Positions 47,767-58,524 of a stretch of DNA of 60,134 nt are shown piece after piece. The position numbers and the translations under genes were made by a program. The notes under the pieces were generated by a model. It was not told the origin of the DNA. It made no database searches and saw nothing but the letters and a program-made list of their open reading frames with translations. This stretch comes from a virus. Lineage: Duplodnaviria > Caudoviricetes. How positions within the stretch are numbered: position 1 is the stretch's first letter; each line of letters opens with the position of its first letter. The stretch covers positions 1 through 60,134 of IMG/VR virus record IMGVR_UViG_3300020392_000017. One strand, given 5' to 3'.

Positions 47767-49598
47767 TGGCAGACTACGTAGGAGATAATAAATGGATCCC
47801 GAAAGAGGAAGGGCCACAGGCAGCCTCGGAAAGAATTGTTTGGTCCACCAAGCAGATCAATGACTTATTGGTTGCTATGGACCAGGGTTATCGTCCTAAG
47901 ATTAAGTTACCATTCTACGAGGGTAGACAATTTCTAAAGAAAGGTAATATAGTATTTGAATATACTGATGAGGAAATATCTGAGCTAGCTAGATGCGCCG
48001 CTGACATTGTCTACTTTGCAGAGAAATATGCAGTGGTAATGACAGATAATGGTATTCAACAAGTAAAGTTGAGAGATTATCAAGTAGAGATGTTACAGAA
48101 TCTACAGAATGAGAGATTTAATATCGTTCTAGCATCTCGTCAGATGGGTAAAACAGTTACAGCATCTATTTTCAATGCATGGTATTTAACTTTTAATATG
48201 GACAAGAACACTCTGTTACTTGCCAACAAATCTGACTCAACGAAAGAAATTATTGATAAAGCCAAAACAGTTATTGAAAATCTTCCATTCTTTATGAAGC
48301 CTGGTATTATTAAATACGATGTCATGAATGTAAGATGTGATAATGGTTGTCGACTAATAGGACAATCAACCACAGCAAAATCTGGTATTGGTTTTACAAT
48401 TCACAATCTATATCTGGATGAGTTTGCTCACATCCATCCATCAATCGCAGATTCTTTCTACGAGAATGTATATCCTACACTATCCTCGTCGAAAGTCTCA
48501 AGAATTACAATTACATCTACACCAAATGGCTTTAATAAATTCTACCAAATTTACTCAGCAGCAGATCGTAAAGATAATGAATATCATCCTATGCGTATCG
48601 ACTGGTGGCAACATCCTGACAGAGACGAAGCATGGTACGACAGAGAACTCAAAAACTTAGGTTCAATTGAAGCATTCAATAAACAATATGGAAATGAATT
48701 CGTTTCTAGTTCAAATCTACTATTAGACCCAGTAGATATGAAGAAGATGAGAAAGCGAATGCAGCCCTATGTTTATCATGACTTTGATGAGTTCGACTAT
48801 ATCTCTATTGACACTAAAGGTTTCTTAGAGTGGGCTCCAGATTTTGATATTGATACCTGTAAAGATAAAGAGAACTTCTGGTTATTTTCAGTAGATATTG
48901 CAGAAGGTAACGGTGGTGATGCATCAGTAATTAATGTATTCCAGGTCGATCCAATGAATAAGGACGAAATAAAGAATGTGGTTAATCCTGGTGCGATGTA
49001 TGATTTCTTTAAATTTACTCAAGTTTGTAGATTTAGATCAAATGAACATGTAATTGAAGATTTCGCAAAAGTACTGTATACTCTATCAGTCGACATATTC
49101 TACTCAGAGAACGTGAAAATGATTGTGGAATATAATACTTATGGTACTGTACTATTTAATTATCTAAGACAGATTTTTCCACAGAGAAATGATTTTGATG
49201 ATGAGATGATAGTAAAGTTTAAACATCGACATGATGGAAGAGCATTAAAGCCAGGTATTAAGCTAAAATCTGACAATAAAGCTATCTTTTGTCAGAACTT
49301 TGCGAAATTATATAAGATAAATAGATTAGATTTAACAGATGAGGTTACAGTGACTGAAGCTTCCTTGTTTGGTACCCTGCCAAACGGTAGTTACGGCGCT
49401 CAAATGGGCAATGACGACGTGATTATGACTTGTATCACTGCAACCGAGTTTTTTAATACGACAGACTATGCAGATTTTGTAGAAGAGCTCTTAGATTTCA
49501 TAGATCCAGACATCCATGATGAGATGGAGGCAGTCCTTTACAAGGACAATGACCAGGCTGGAGATTTACAATATGATATTTATGACCTTTTGAAATAA
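47766..49598 (+). CDS. gp17: Terminase large subunit
   Basis: LRDYQ, SRQMGKT, LDEFA, STPNG, VDIAEG, NDD. Confidence 0.95.
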   Translation: MADYVGDNKWIPKEEGPQAASERIVWSTKQINDLLVAMDQGYRPKIKLPFYEGRQFLKKGNIVFEYTDEEISELARCAADIVYFAEKYAVVMTDNGIQQVKLRDYQVEMLQNLQNERFNIVLASRQMGKTVTASIFNAWYLTFNMDKNTLLLANKSDSTKEIIDKAKTVIENLPFFMKPGIIKYDVMNVRCDNGCRLIGQSTTAKSGIGFTIHNLYLDEFAHIHPSIADSFYENVYPTLSSSKVSRITITSTPNGFNKFYQIYSAADRKDNEYHPMRIDWWQHPDRDEAWYDRELKNLGSIEAFNKQYGNEFVSSSNLLLDPVDMKKMRKRMQPYVYHDFDEFDYISIDTKGFLEWAPDFDIDTCKDKENFWLFSVDIAEGNGGDASVINVFQVDPMNKDEIKNVVNPGAMYDFFKFTQVCRFRSNEHVIEDFAKVLYTLSVDIFYSENVKMIVEYNTYGTVLFNYLRQIFPQRNDFDDEMIVKFKHRHDGRALKPGIKLKSDNKAIFCQNFAKLYKINRLDLTDEVTVTEASLFGTLPNGSYGAQMGNDDVIMTCITATEFFNTTDYADFVEELLDFIDPDIHDEMEAVLYKDNDQAGDLQYDIYDLLK

Positions 49599-49655
49599 AT
49601 TTGCAGAAAGACAAGGATATATAATAAAAGAATTAAAAAATAATAACGAACAACT

Positions 49656-52520
49656 ATGGCATTAAGTCCTCAATTATTACAGTTCAAAAGCTCAGGCGTA
49701 TATCGTCTAGAGTTTGACAAGTCACAAACCGTTAACATTCCTGCGGAAACTATCAGACTAGTTGTAGGTAGATCTATGAAAGGTCCTTACAACACTCCAG
49801 TTCTTATAGAAGATGTAGAGCAATTCAAGCAAGTTTTCGGTGGAATAGACAAGTCCTTAGAAAAGAAAAATATGTTCTTCCACAGATCAGCAATTGAAGC
49901 TCTATCAAGAGGTCCAATTTTAGCTATTAACATGACTACAGCGTCTGATGATGATAAAGTGAGTATTTTCTCACCAGCAACTAACTCTGCAGTACAAGGT
50001 TTATCAGCTAATTCACTTCAAGCATCTGCAATGACTTCTAAGAAGTATTCAGATGTATTTGATACAGATAAATTCTGGGTACCTTCAGATGAGAAGTTAT
50101 TAAGTGCTGCTGCAGAAGATCAAAATCATGCAATCTCATTTGTTAATATCAAACAAGATCCGATTACAGTTATCATTAGACAAGCTGCAGACGTTAGAGG
50201 TTTTGAATTAACAGCAAGAGAATGGTATGGTGAAGCTAACATTCCAGAAGGAATTGACGCAGACGAGTACGTATCAGACTACTTAGTAGATGTATTTGTA
50301 TTTAAAGGCAAATTCGATGCTGCTGAATTAAACAACGATCCTAACTACGGAGACTTCTTCGACCAGGATGGTTTATTCAGAGCACAATTCGCTCAGTTTG
50401 CAGGTTTAAGAGAAGTAACTCTTTTAGCACAATATGATGGTGTATCTTTAATACCAGAATTTATTGATGCTGAAGGTAATCAAATGTACATCGAGACTCT
50501 AATTAATATGGAGGCTAGAAGAACAGGTTTATTCTGTGCAGTACAAGAAGATGCACTTCCACAAATCGACCTAATCGGAAATGGCTTTGACATTTACAAT
50601 GATTACGAAATTTTATCACATAAAGTGAAGCAAGTTGCTTCTGAATCTATTGCAGATTTAACAGCTCAAGGTGGTGTTGTAACAGTAGATAACGATAACA
50701 ACCAGTTAATAATTAACGGTACTAACCTTTCTGCTGCTATCTTAGCATCAACACACAGTATTAATACCTCTAAATACTTAGAGTCTTATATTGCTGGTGA
50801 GTTTGTAGCAATAACTGGAATCGCAGATACAGGTGCAAACCAAGTAACAATCACAGCGGCGGGACAAATTTCAAAAGGATATGAAGCTTATGCAGCAGGT
50901 ACTGCGGCTGACTTCGTAAACGCTGGTCCAGTTACAATTACTAAATTAGCTAATGGTAACTTGAAACTATCACACGGTCCTGATAACTATAATTCATTAG
51001 TAGTAGGTGCATTCTTACTATCAGTTAATGCTGGTGAATTCACACAAATCTCAGATATTACTGTAGACCCTAACGATAATACAGTAGAAATATCTGCAGG
51101 TGGTGGTGTTGCATTCAGCGATGACTATGTAGGAGCAAACCAAACTTCATTAGCTGCATTTAGTGCAATTATCCAATCATCTTTCGATGTATGGACTTTA
51201 CAGCCTAACTCAAGAGCAGTATTATTCCCAACATTAGCAGAAGGTTGGACATTCACAGCAAACGGTGCTGGAATCTTCACTTTCTCTGGTGATTTAAGTG
51301 CTGCAGGTACTGTAGCTTGGCCAACTGAAATTAAAGTTGGACAATATGTACCAGGCGATGGAGGTAAACTATCCAGAATTAAGAAGATTGTTAAGTCAGT
51401 AGTTGGCGGATCAACTTTCTTCAGATTTGAAACATCAAGAATCGTTTCAAGTAGACCAGGTTATGCACTTAAGAGATATGAAGAATCTGCAGGTGTATAC
51501 AAAACATTCCCACTAGAAGGTGCAACACAAGGAGACAAGCTAATCGCTGACTTACTTTCTGCAATCAAGCCGGGAACTGGTTTAGGAAACGCACTTATTG
51601 ACAAAGACAACATTACATTTAGATATGTTGTTGATACATTCGGTTCATTAGAGAACGGTGGATTACTTAACAAAGAAGAATTATCATTCTTATGTAAAGA
51701 AAGACAAAATGCTTCAGCAATTCTTAACGCACCAATGGTGAAAGAATTCAAAGCATCTACTAACCCATCATTCTTAAACACTATAACAGGTGCATTCGAT
51801 GTGAACACAGTGGCAACTGGAGGTAACTTAGAGTTAAACCCATCAGCTCTTTATACATTACCATCGATCAACGAGGGTGCTAACTACGCATTCTACTATG
51901 GTCCTGGTCTTAATGTAATTGAGAACGGTAGAACTAAAGTTATTCCACCAGCAGCATACGTATCAAACAACTATATCGATAAATTTTTAGATGCTTTACC
52001 ATGGTCAATCATCGCAGGCCCAAGAAGAGGTGTTGTAGGTGGAACAGGTGTTCAGTCTCTAGAATTTGCATTTGACAAATTCGACAGAGATGTACTTGAG
52101 CCATTCGGTTACAACCCAATCGTATTTGAAAGAGGCGTTGGTTTAACGATCAAAGGTAATAAAACAGCTCAACAAGGAATTCAATCAGCACTTTCTTCTG
52201 CTCACGTAAGAGAAGTATTAATTTACATCGAGGATGGTCTAGCTGAAATTCTTAAGAACTATCTGTTCGAGTTTAACAATGCTCAAACTAGATTAGAAAT
52301 CAAAACTTTAGCTGATAACTTCATGGAATCAGTTAAGAAAGACGGTGGTGTATTCGACTTTAAGAATATCATGGACACTTCAAACAACACGTCTGAAGTA
52401 ATCGACAACAACATGGGTATTCTTGATACGTTCGTAGAACCAGTTAAAGGTCTTGAGATTCTAGTATCTAGGGTGACTGTATTAAACACAGGTGAGATCG
52501 CAACAGGTAACTTTGCATAA
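49656..52520 (+). CDS. gp18: Tail sheath protein with a large internal insertion
   Basis: SSGVY, KGPYNTP, PPAAYV, PWSIIAGPRRG, GNKT, HVRE; late motif at 49616. Confidence 0.9.
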   Translation: MALSPQLLQFKSSGVYRLEFDKSQTVNIPAETIRLVVGRSMKGPYNTPVLIEDVEQFKQVFGGIDKSLEKKNMFFHRSAIEALSRGPILAINMTTASDDDKVSIFSPATNSAVQGLSANSLQASAMTSKKYSDVFDTDKFWVPSDEKLLSAAAEDQNHAISFVNIKQDPITVIIRQAADVRGFELTAREWYGEANIPEGIDADEYVSDYLVDVFVFKGKFDAAELNNDPNYGDFFDQDGLFRAQFAQFAGLREVTLLAQYDGVSLIPEFIDAEGNQMYIETLINMEARRTGLFCAVQEDALPQIDLIGNGFDIYNDYEILSHKVKQVASESIADLTAQGGVVTVDNDNNQLIINGTNLSAAILASTHSINTSKYLESYIAGEFVAITGIADTGANQVTITAAGQISKGYEAYAAGTAADFVNAGPVTITKLANGNLKLSHGPDNYNSLVVGAFLLSVNAGEFTQISDITVDPNDNTVEISAGGGVAFSDDYVGANQTSLAAFSAIIQSSFDVWTLQPNSRAVLFPTLAEGWTFTANGAGIFTFSGDLSAAGTVAWPTEIKVGQYVPGDGGKLSRIKKIVKSVVGGSTFFRFETSRIVSSRPGYALKRYEESAGVYKTFPLEGATQGDKLIADLLSAIKPGTGLGNALIDKDNITFRYVVDTFGSLENGGLLNKEELSFLCKERQNASAILNAPMVKEFKASTNPSFLNTITGAFDVNTVATGGNLELNPSALYTLPSINEGANYAFYYGPGLNVIENGRTKVIPPAAYVSNNYIDKFLDALPWSIIAGPRRGVVGGTGVQSLEFAFDKFDRDVLEPFGYNPIVFERGVGLTIKGNKTAQQGIQSALSSAHVREVLIYIEDGLAEILKNYLFEFNNAQTRLEIKTLADNFMESVKKDGGVFDFKNIMDTSNNTSEVIDNNMGILDTFVEPVKGLEILVSRVTVLNTGEIATGNFA

Positions 52521-52560
52521 GAAAATAACGATATATAAATAAAATAAGAAAAATTAAGAT

Positions 52561-53118
52561 ATGGCTTTACCACATTATTCAGAAGACCAAACTAGCAGAA
52601 AAGGTAGAAACTTTGAGCCAGTACAAGGTAACCTATTCGAGGTAACTATTTTACCTCCAGCAGGTGTTGGCGGACAAGAGTTCTTACTACAACAAGTTAA
52701 CACAGTAGCAGGTCTAGACGGATTAGCTCCAGCAGTAGAAGCGATTGGACAGAAATATAAATTTGCAGACAGATCATACGCAGGTATGGCTCCGTCTACA
52801 GCAGTAGATCTGACTATCAATTTCTCGCTGAACCTAAACGACTCTAACCAGGCTTACATTTACAAAACATTAAGACAATGGTACAGAGCGGCGTACAACC
52901 CTGAAACTGGAGAAATGGGTCTTAAAAAGAATTATGTAGGTACTATTGTTGTTGTACAATTCAACAGAGAAGGTGATATTTACAGAAAAGTAACTCTAGA
53001 TGATTGTTTCATCACATCAGGTGTAAACTTGGTGGACGGATTAGACTATGCAGATGCAGAGGCTAGAACATTAGAAGTTATTTGGAAGTGTGATACTTAC
53101 TCTGAAGAATTAACATAA
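52561..53118 (+). CDS. gp19: Tail tube protein
   Basis: Follows the sheath gene; NLFEV, YAG, LRQW, LDY; late motif at 52530. Confidence 0.8.
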   Translation: MALPHYSEDQTSRKGRNFEPVQGNLFEVTILPPAGVGGQEFLLQQVNTVAGLDGLAPAVEAIGQKYKFADRSYAGMAPSTAVDLTINFSLNLNDSNQAYIYKTLRQWYRAAYNPETGEMGLKKNYVGTIVVVQFNREGDIYRKVTLDDCFITSGVNLVDGLDYADAEARTLEVIWKCDTYSEELT

Positions 53119-53137
53119 GCGTAAAAGTTTTTAGATA

Positions 53138-53169
53138 AAAAGGAGGCTGAATTTCAGCCCCCTTTTTTT
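53138..53169 (+). terminator. Intrinsic terminator
   Basis: AGGAGGCTGAA...TCAGCCCCCT then a T run. Confidence 0.75.
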
Positions 53170-53211
53170 AAACTCTAAAAACATAATATAATATCCTAAT
53201 AATAAGAGATT

Positions 53212-53430
53212 ATGAGTGATAAATTAACCAAAAAATTACAAGTCTTACTGACTGAAGACGAAGTTCGAGAAGTAAATCGTGTTATTCTAAATGATGCTTT
53301 ACAATACGAACAACGTCCTATTTCAGTGAGCGCATTTATTAGACAATTAATAAAAGATGAGCTTAGTAAGAGAAGCATTGACCAAAAATCTTACATAAAA
53401 CAAAATTTGAAAAACCTAAAAAGTAAATAA
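53212..53430 (+). CDS. Small ribbon-helix-helix-like protein
   Basis: KKLQVLLTEDE...SVSAFIRQLI pattern. Confidence 0.55.
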   Translation: MSDKLTKKLQVLLTEDEVREVNRVILNDALQYEQRPISVSAFIRQLIKDELSKRSIDQKSYIKQNLKNLKSK

Positions 53431-53431
53431 T

Positions 53432-54436
53432 ATGAGCGACAAGAAAAAGAAACTCAGCGCAGAGGAAGCAAGAATGGCAAAGGCTTTAGCAGCTAAAGAT
53501 GCTATTAACGATCCTCAAGTAGAATCTACAGATACAGAAGCAACTAATATGGAAGCTGCTGTGGCTGCAGGAGGTTTAGGTAAAGTTAATATGGGTAACT
53601 TCGGACCAGATAGAGCACAGTCTTCAGACTCTGCTTTAGGATGGCACGTGTTAGACCTAGAACAATTACCTTCAAAGGCAAAGTTTTATCCAAAAGGAAC
53701 TGTAATCAAGATTAGATCTGCTAAAGCAGCAGAAATAAGACATTTCTCAACAATGGACGAGAATAACTATATCGATATGGAAGATAAGTTAAACTCAATT
53801 GTTGAATCTTGTATGCAGATGACTTCTGAAAAGAAAAGACTTTCCTACAAAGATCTACTTGAAGAGGACAGAATTATAGTCTTACTCGCAGTTAGAGACT
53901 TAACTTTCCCAGAACCTGAAAACAAATTAATGTTAAAAGGTAAAACTGATCAGGGTAAAAAGCCAGTTGAAATTGAATTATCAATTAGAAACTTGGTACC
54001 TTCAGTTATCGATGAAGAAATAGAAAAGTACTATAACGAGAAAGCTAGAACGTATGTAATTAAGACACGTTCTGCTGGTGAAGTTAGAATGCATCCACCA
54101 ACAATTGGTGTTATGCAGGAAGTAACTAACTATCTTAGAGATCGTCAGGAGAAAGAAGTTGAGTTCGATAAAGCTTTTATCCAAGTTCTACCTTATGTTC
54201 AATCCGACTGGAGATCATTAGGCCTAAACAAAATTTTTCAACTAGAGGTTGACTATAAGGCTTGGGATGAGAAAAAGTTCATGGTAATCTACAGATTAGC
54301 TGAAAGAATGAGAATTGGTGTTCAAGCAACACTAGAAACTACCTTAGACGGAGAGAAGGCATCGGCCCCTCTTGAGTTCCCAGGTGGCATCAAAAGTCTT
54401 TTCATTATTTCAGATCTCGCTGGAGAATTACTTTAA
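53432..54436 (+). CDS. Baseplate hub / tail assembly chaperone (gp26-like)
   Basis: LPSK.KFYP, DRI..L..VR..T; between the tube and tape-measure genes. Confidence 0.6.
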   Translation: MSDKKKKLSAEEARMAKALAAKDAINDPQVESTDTEATNMEAAVAAGGLGKVNMGNFGPDRAQSSDSALGWHVLDLEQLPSKAKFYPKGTVIKIRSAKAAEIRHFSTMDENNYIDMEDKLNSIVESCMQMTSEKKRLSYKDLLEEDRIIVLLAVRDLTFPEPENKLMLKGKTDQGKKPVEIELSIRNLVPSVIDEEIEKYYNEKARTYVIKTRSAGEVRMHPPTIGVMQEVTNYLRDRQEKEVEFDKAFIQVLPYVQSDWRSLGLNKIFQLEVDYKAWDEKKFMVIYRLAERMRIGVQATLETTLDGEKASAPLEFPGGIKSLFIISDLAGELL

Positions 54437-54683
54437 GACTAAGTTCTACCTGGGCATTCACCTCAGGATGCAACCATCTGAGATTGAAAACATGTATTAC
54501 TACGAATACTGGTATTATGTGAAGAATCTCTCAGAATACATCAAAGAGAGGAATAAACAATCTAAGGACCAACAAGAACAGGCGAACGAAAAACAGAGTT
54601 CAATGAGCTCTAAATACAAAACGCCAAAGATGCCTAAGGTCCCTACAATGAGGACACCTACGTTAAAGATGCCTAAGTTGTAG
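54372..54683 (+). CDS. gp51-like hub assembly protein (true start uncertain)
   Basis: SLENYFKT.F...SEIENM..YE..YY pattern; overlaps the upstream gene in the +1 frame. Confidence 0.55.
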   Translation: MSSQVASKVFSLFQISLENYFKTKFYLGIHLRMQPSEIENMYYYEYWYYVKNLSEYIKERNKQSKDQQEQANEKQSSMSSKYKTPKMPKVPTMRTPTLKMPKL

Positions 54684-54684
54684 A

Positions 54685-54730
54685 GATATATAATATAGTA
54701 TTAGGGGTATGTTCCTAAAAGCATACCCCT
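54685..54730 (+). promoter_or_regulatory. Late promoter followed by a leader hairpin
   Basis: GATATATAA at 54685; AGGGGTATG-N10-CATACCCCT at 54703-54730. Confidence 0.6.
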
Positions 54731-54759
54731 TTATTTTAAAAAATACTGAGGAGTATCTA

Positions 54760-57700
54760 GTGAATTTTAAGTTTTTAGCAAGTGCATTTGATAAACTAGG
54801 AGGTCAAACTGAGCTCTTAGAACAAATCAAAGACAATTCAGATTTAACAGCCGCAGCAATCAACCCTGGTGGTGAGTTATTTGATCGCGTTGAGAGAATG
54901 ACAGACGCGTTGGAAAAGCTCGAAGAGAATACCAAGGCTGGTAAAGGTGGTTTACAAGAGGCTATAGTTTTAAAACTAGTAGCTCCAACACTTAAACCTA
55001 TTGGTCTAGGCTTAGGCTTTATTGTAGAAGCATTAGAAAAGGCAGGTCCTGCAGAGGAATTGTCTAAGAAAATGGAAGCAATTACAAAAGGTCTAGTTGT
55101 TCTAGGTGATGTAGGTAAATCACTACTCATATTTGCAACTACCATTATTTTAGCTACTCCACTACTCCTCGTGGCAGCGGCAGCTTCTATTATTTGGATC
55201 CCAGCAACTATCATGATGATTAGGGGTCTAAATTTCGCTACAGAAGATCTAGACCAGAAAAGATTAGAATCAATTGCTTTATTAGGAGATGTCGGTGTGG
55301 CATTACTTAAACTAGCAGGTTCATTAGCCCTAGTAGCTTTATTAGCACTTCCAGCTCTGGTTGGTCTATTAGCAACTACAGTTATATTAGTAGGTATTGC
55401 AGGTGTATTTAAAATCTTAGATATGATTGGTGCAGATCCAAAGAAAATGGAAAACTTTGGGGATGCAATTAAAGCACTTGGTATTGGTTTACTTCTATTA
55501 GGTGGTACTCTAGCTCTATTGAGTCTTGTCGCTATGCCAGTTCTAAAAGGACTTCTAGTAGCGATGGCAGTTGTAGCAGGTATTGGTCTAACATTCTTCT
55601 TATTAGATAAACTAGGAGTAGATAAATCTATGCGTAAGATGGCGCTTAGCTTAATGTTAGTGTCACTATCATTAGTTACATTAGCCGCAGGTTTAATGTT
55701 CTTCTCTGTATTAGCTCCACCATTAATGCAATCACTAGAGATTGTAGCAGTCGTTGGTGCCGTGGCATTAGTGTTCGGACTCGCAGGTATGTTCGCATCA
55801 CAAATTGTAAAAGGCTCACTTGTTATGATACTAGCAGGTGTATCTTTAATTGTGATTGGGATGGGATTAAAGAAAATTGAAGAATCATTCCCTAAAAAAG
55901 GTAGATGGGAGTTTATTGGTCAGGTCGGTGCTATTGTAGTTGGATTAGGTGTAGCAATGGCTGCAGCTGGTGCGGCAGCAATGTTTATCGCTCCAGGTGC
56001 TGGTGTAATGATTTTAGCAGGTGGTGCGTTAATTGCAATAGGCTTAGGTCTAAAAGCAATCGCATCAGTAGACTTTAAAGAATTAGGTTCATTATCTAAC
56101 GGTAAAGGTGGTAAAGCATTCGATTGGTCTGGTGAAGTCAGTGAAGGTTTCCTAGGTTTTGGTGCTGGTCGTAAGAAGACTAACTTTGAAGTTGCAATGG
56201 AAAGCGTTGCAGCAGGTATGGCATTAGGACCTCTATCTATAGCTGGTATTCTAGCTGGTGCACCAACTCTTCTCTTAGCTTCCGCAGCATTAATTGGTAT
56301 TGGAAAAGGTCTAAGAACATTTAAAGAAGTTGTTGCAGAAGCAGACCTACCTAAATTATCAGAGAATGTTGATTTTATTGTATCAGGTTTAGCAGATACA
56401 TTTGCTAAAGTAGGTGAGAAATATCCAGGTGGAGGTGGTGGTATTATGTCAGCACTATTTGGTTCTGGTAGTGATACTTCAGTTGTAGCTCAAGGTATAT
56501 CTGCTGTTGGCGGTATGGGTAGAGCTCTAAAAGGTATTGCAAAAGGTGTACAAGCAATGGCGAACTTAAAGTTCCCAACTGGTTTTGATAAAGATGGTAA
56601 CCCAACTGGGTTTGAGACTATCAATCTAACAACCGCTGTACCAGCCTTAATTGCTAATACACAATTAATTGTTACAGGTTTAAGTAAGACATTTGCAGAA
56701 GTAGGAGAATCAGATGCTGCTCAAGGTAGCTCATGGTTTACTTCATCATCTTATGAGAAAGGTATTAAAGTTGTTAAGAAAATGGGTGAACCCCTGTATA
56801 ACTTAGCAAATGGAGTACAGAATATGGCGAACTTAAAGTTCCCAGTAGGTTATGATAAAGACGGTAATCCAACTGGTTTTAAATCTATTGGTAATGTAGG
56901 TTCGTTAGTTAAAAAATTAACTAAGAATACAAAGGCTATCATTATTGGTTTAGCTGGTGTATTTGAACAAGTAGGTAAATCAGAAGCTGCTGATAGTGGT
57001 GGATGGTTTAGTAAATCTAACTTTGAGAAAGGTATTGAAGTTGCACAACAATTAGCAGAACCTTATTCTGCGTTAGCCGATGCTGTAGAAGATGTAACTA
57101 AGATTACAAGCTCTGTTGGTGCTGCAGAAGAAGTTAAAGCTAAAGTAACTGCTATGATTTCTGCAATTACAGATGCTGGTGGTGATGGTACTTTAATGAT
57201 GGGTAAGACCATGTTAATCTCTATGATAGGTTCAACTTATGAGAAATTAGGTATTGCAATTCCAAAAATCATAAGTTCTATTGCAAACTTCACTGTAGAT
57301 AAAGCAAAAGCATTTGCTTCTATTTTCGGTGGTGAATCTCCTGCAGAATTATTTGAATCTAAAACTCAATTCTTAAAAGGACTTTCAGTTTCATATCTGA
57401 GAATGGCAATGGCTATTCCGTTAATTGTAGGTTCTATTAATTCAGTTCAAGCAGAACAACTAGAAGCATTTACTGCTGTTTATGGTGGTAAGATGACTGA
57501 CGTCGAGATGATGTCTTCTAGAGAAAGTCTATTCGTAGCAATCGGAGATTCTTATGAGAAAGTAGGTAGAGCTGTACCTTCAATTACTTCAGCAATTTCA
57601 AGTATTAATCCAGAACAAGTTGATTCATTTAAAGGTCTACTTGTTGGTAGAGTTAGTATGCTTAGACCAGTTGCAGGTTACGAAGCTCAGACTGCACTTT

Positions 57701-58125
57701 GGGATGCAATCGGTACGAATATGGGTGCAACTGCTTCCGCATTCCCACAAATCTCTGAGAGTATTAATAGCATGGATCTGGCTAAGTTAACTGAAACTCG
57801 TCAGATGTTTGAAGCTCTTGCAGTTCTAGCAGAAGGTGGAGAAGATCCAGAAGATATTCTAGAAGCAATGGGTGAATCTTTATCTACTGCTTTAGAAAAT
57901 CTAACTGAAATGATTGAGTCGTTTAGAACTACTGTAGAAACTGGTAACGCTGAAACAGGTGGTGTACTTGAAGGTGTTGCATCGACGGTCGGTGGAGCAG
58001 TTGGAGCATTTAGAGACGCAGTTACTGGTGGTGGCGGAGATAATACTCAAGTTGTAGCGGCAATTAATTCTCTTAAAAAGCAATTGGCTAATAAGGGAGT
58101 TAAGATTACTGGAATAATTAATTAA
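54760..58125 (+). CDS. Tape-measure-like protein (likely GTG start at 54760)
   Basis: Long Ala/Gly/Leu helical protein with many hydrophobic segments; GAGGAG 6 nt before GTG; internal repeat MANLKFPxGxDKDGNPTGF x2. Confidence 0.7.
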   Translation: MNFKFLASAFDKLGGQTELLEQIKDNSDLTAAAINPGGELFDRVERMTDALEKLEENTKAGKGGLQEAIVLKLVAPTLKPIGLGLGFIVEALEKAGPAEELSKKMEAITKGLVVLGDVGKSLLIFATTIILATPLLLVAAAASIIWIPATIMMIRGLNFATEDLDQKRLESIALLGDVGVALLKLAGSLALVALLALPALVGLLATTVILVGIAGVFKILDMIGADPKKMENFGDAIKALGIGLLLLGGTLALLSLVAMPVLKGLLVAMAVVAGIGLTFFLLDKLGVDKSMRKMALSLMLVSLSLVTLAAGLMFFSVLAPPLMQSLEIVAVVGAVALVFGLAGMFASQIVKGSLVMILAGVSLIVIGMGLKKIEESFPKKGRWEFIGQVGAIVVGLGVAMAAAGAAAMFIAPGAGVMILAGGALIAIGLGLKAIASVDFKELGSLSNGKGGKAFDWSGEVSEGFLGFGAGRKKTNFEVAMESVAAGMALGPLSIAGILAGAPTLLLASAALIGIGKGLRTFKEVVAEADLPKLSENVDFIVSGLADTFAKVGEKYPGGGGGIMSALFGSGSDTSVVAQGISAVGGMGRALKGIAKGVQAMANLKFPTGFDKDGNPTGFETINLTTAVPALIANTQLIVTGLSKTFAEVGESDAAQGSSWFTSSSYEKGIKVVKKMGEPLYNLANGVQNMANLKFPVGYDKDGNPTGFKSIGNVGSLVKKLTKNTKAIIIGLAGVFEQVGKSEAADSGGWFSKSNFEKGIEVAQQLAEPYSALADAVEDVTKITSSVGAAEEVKAKVTAMISAITDAGGDGTLMMGKTMLISMIGSTYEKLGIAIPKIISSIANFTVDKAKAFASIFGGESPAELFESKTQFLKGLSVSYLRMAMAIPLIVGSINSVQAEQLEAFTAVYGGKMTDVEMMSSRESLFVAIGDSYEKVGRAVPSITSAISSINPEQVDSFKGLLVGRVSMLRPVAGYEAQTALWDAIGTNMGATASAFPQISESINSMDLAKLTETRQMFEALAVLAEGGEDPEDILEAMGESLSTALENLTEMIESFRTTVETGNAETGGVLEGVASTVGGAVGAFRDAVTGGGGDNTQVVAAINSLKKQLANKGVKITGIIN

Positions 58126-58153
58126 GAAACTATTCTTACTAGTATGGTATAAC
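58126..58153 (+). promoter_or_regulatory. Class II promoter GAAAC-N17-TATAAC
   Basis: Recurrent motif. Confidence 0.65.
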
Positions 58154-58169
58154 TCATAAATTATATTTT

Positions 58170-58418
58170 ATGATTACATCAACCATTTGCCAATATGATA
58201 GCTCAACTTTAACATCAGCTGCATATAACTTTAAACATAAAACTTTAACTGTACATTTTAATCATGCAAGCTACTTGTATCATGATGTTGATGTACAAGA
58301 TTGGCATTCTTTTAATAATGCTGAATCTCAAGGTAAAGCTCTGAATGAATTTATTAAGGGTAAATATGAGTACCATAAAGTAAACGAAACAATCAACCAT
58401 CCAACAGGATATGATTAA
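58170..58418 (+). CDS. KTSC domain protein
   Basis: SS.L....Y......L.V.F...Y.Y.DV.......F..AES.GK..N..IKGKY. Confidence 0.85.
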   Translation: MITSTICQYDSSTLTSAAYNFKHKTLTVHFNHASYLYHDVDVQDWHSFNNAESQGKALNEFIKGKYEYHKVNETINHPTGYD

Positions 58419-58524
58419 GAAAGTAATTAAGAGAATAAAGAAATGGCATGCCTACTGGGTGTGGATAGAAGAGCAGAGAATGAAAGCTGCAGAATATACA
58501 GGTAGTGCCGGACCATTATTATGA
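58411..58524 (+). CDS. Small hypothetical protein
   Basis: 37 aa ORF overlapping both neighbours (ATGA junction at 58521). Confidence 0.45.
   Translation: MIKKVIKRIKKWHAYWVWIEEQRMKAAEYTGSAGPLL

Noticed and set aside
54709-54759. ATG 54709 as the tape-measure start
   Set aside because: It is buried in the hairpin stem; GTG 54760 with an upstream GAGGAG is more plausible, though untested.
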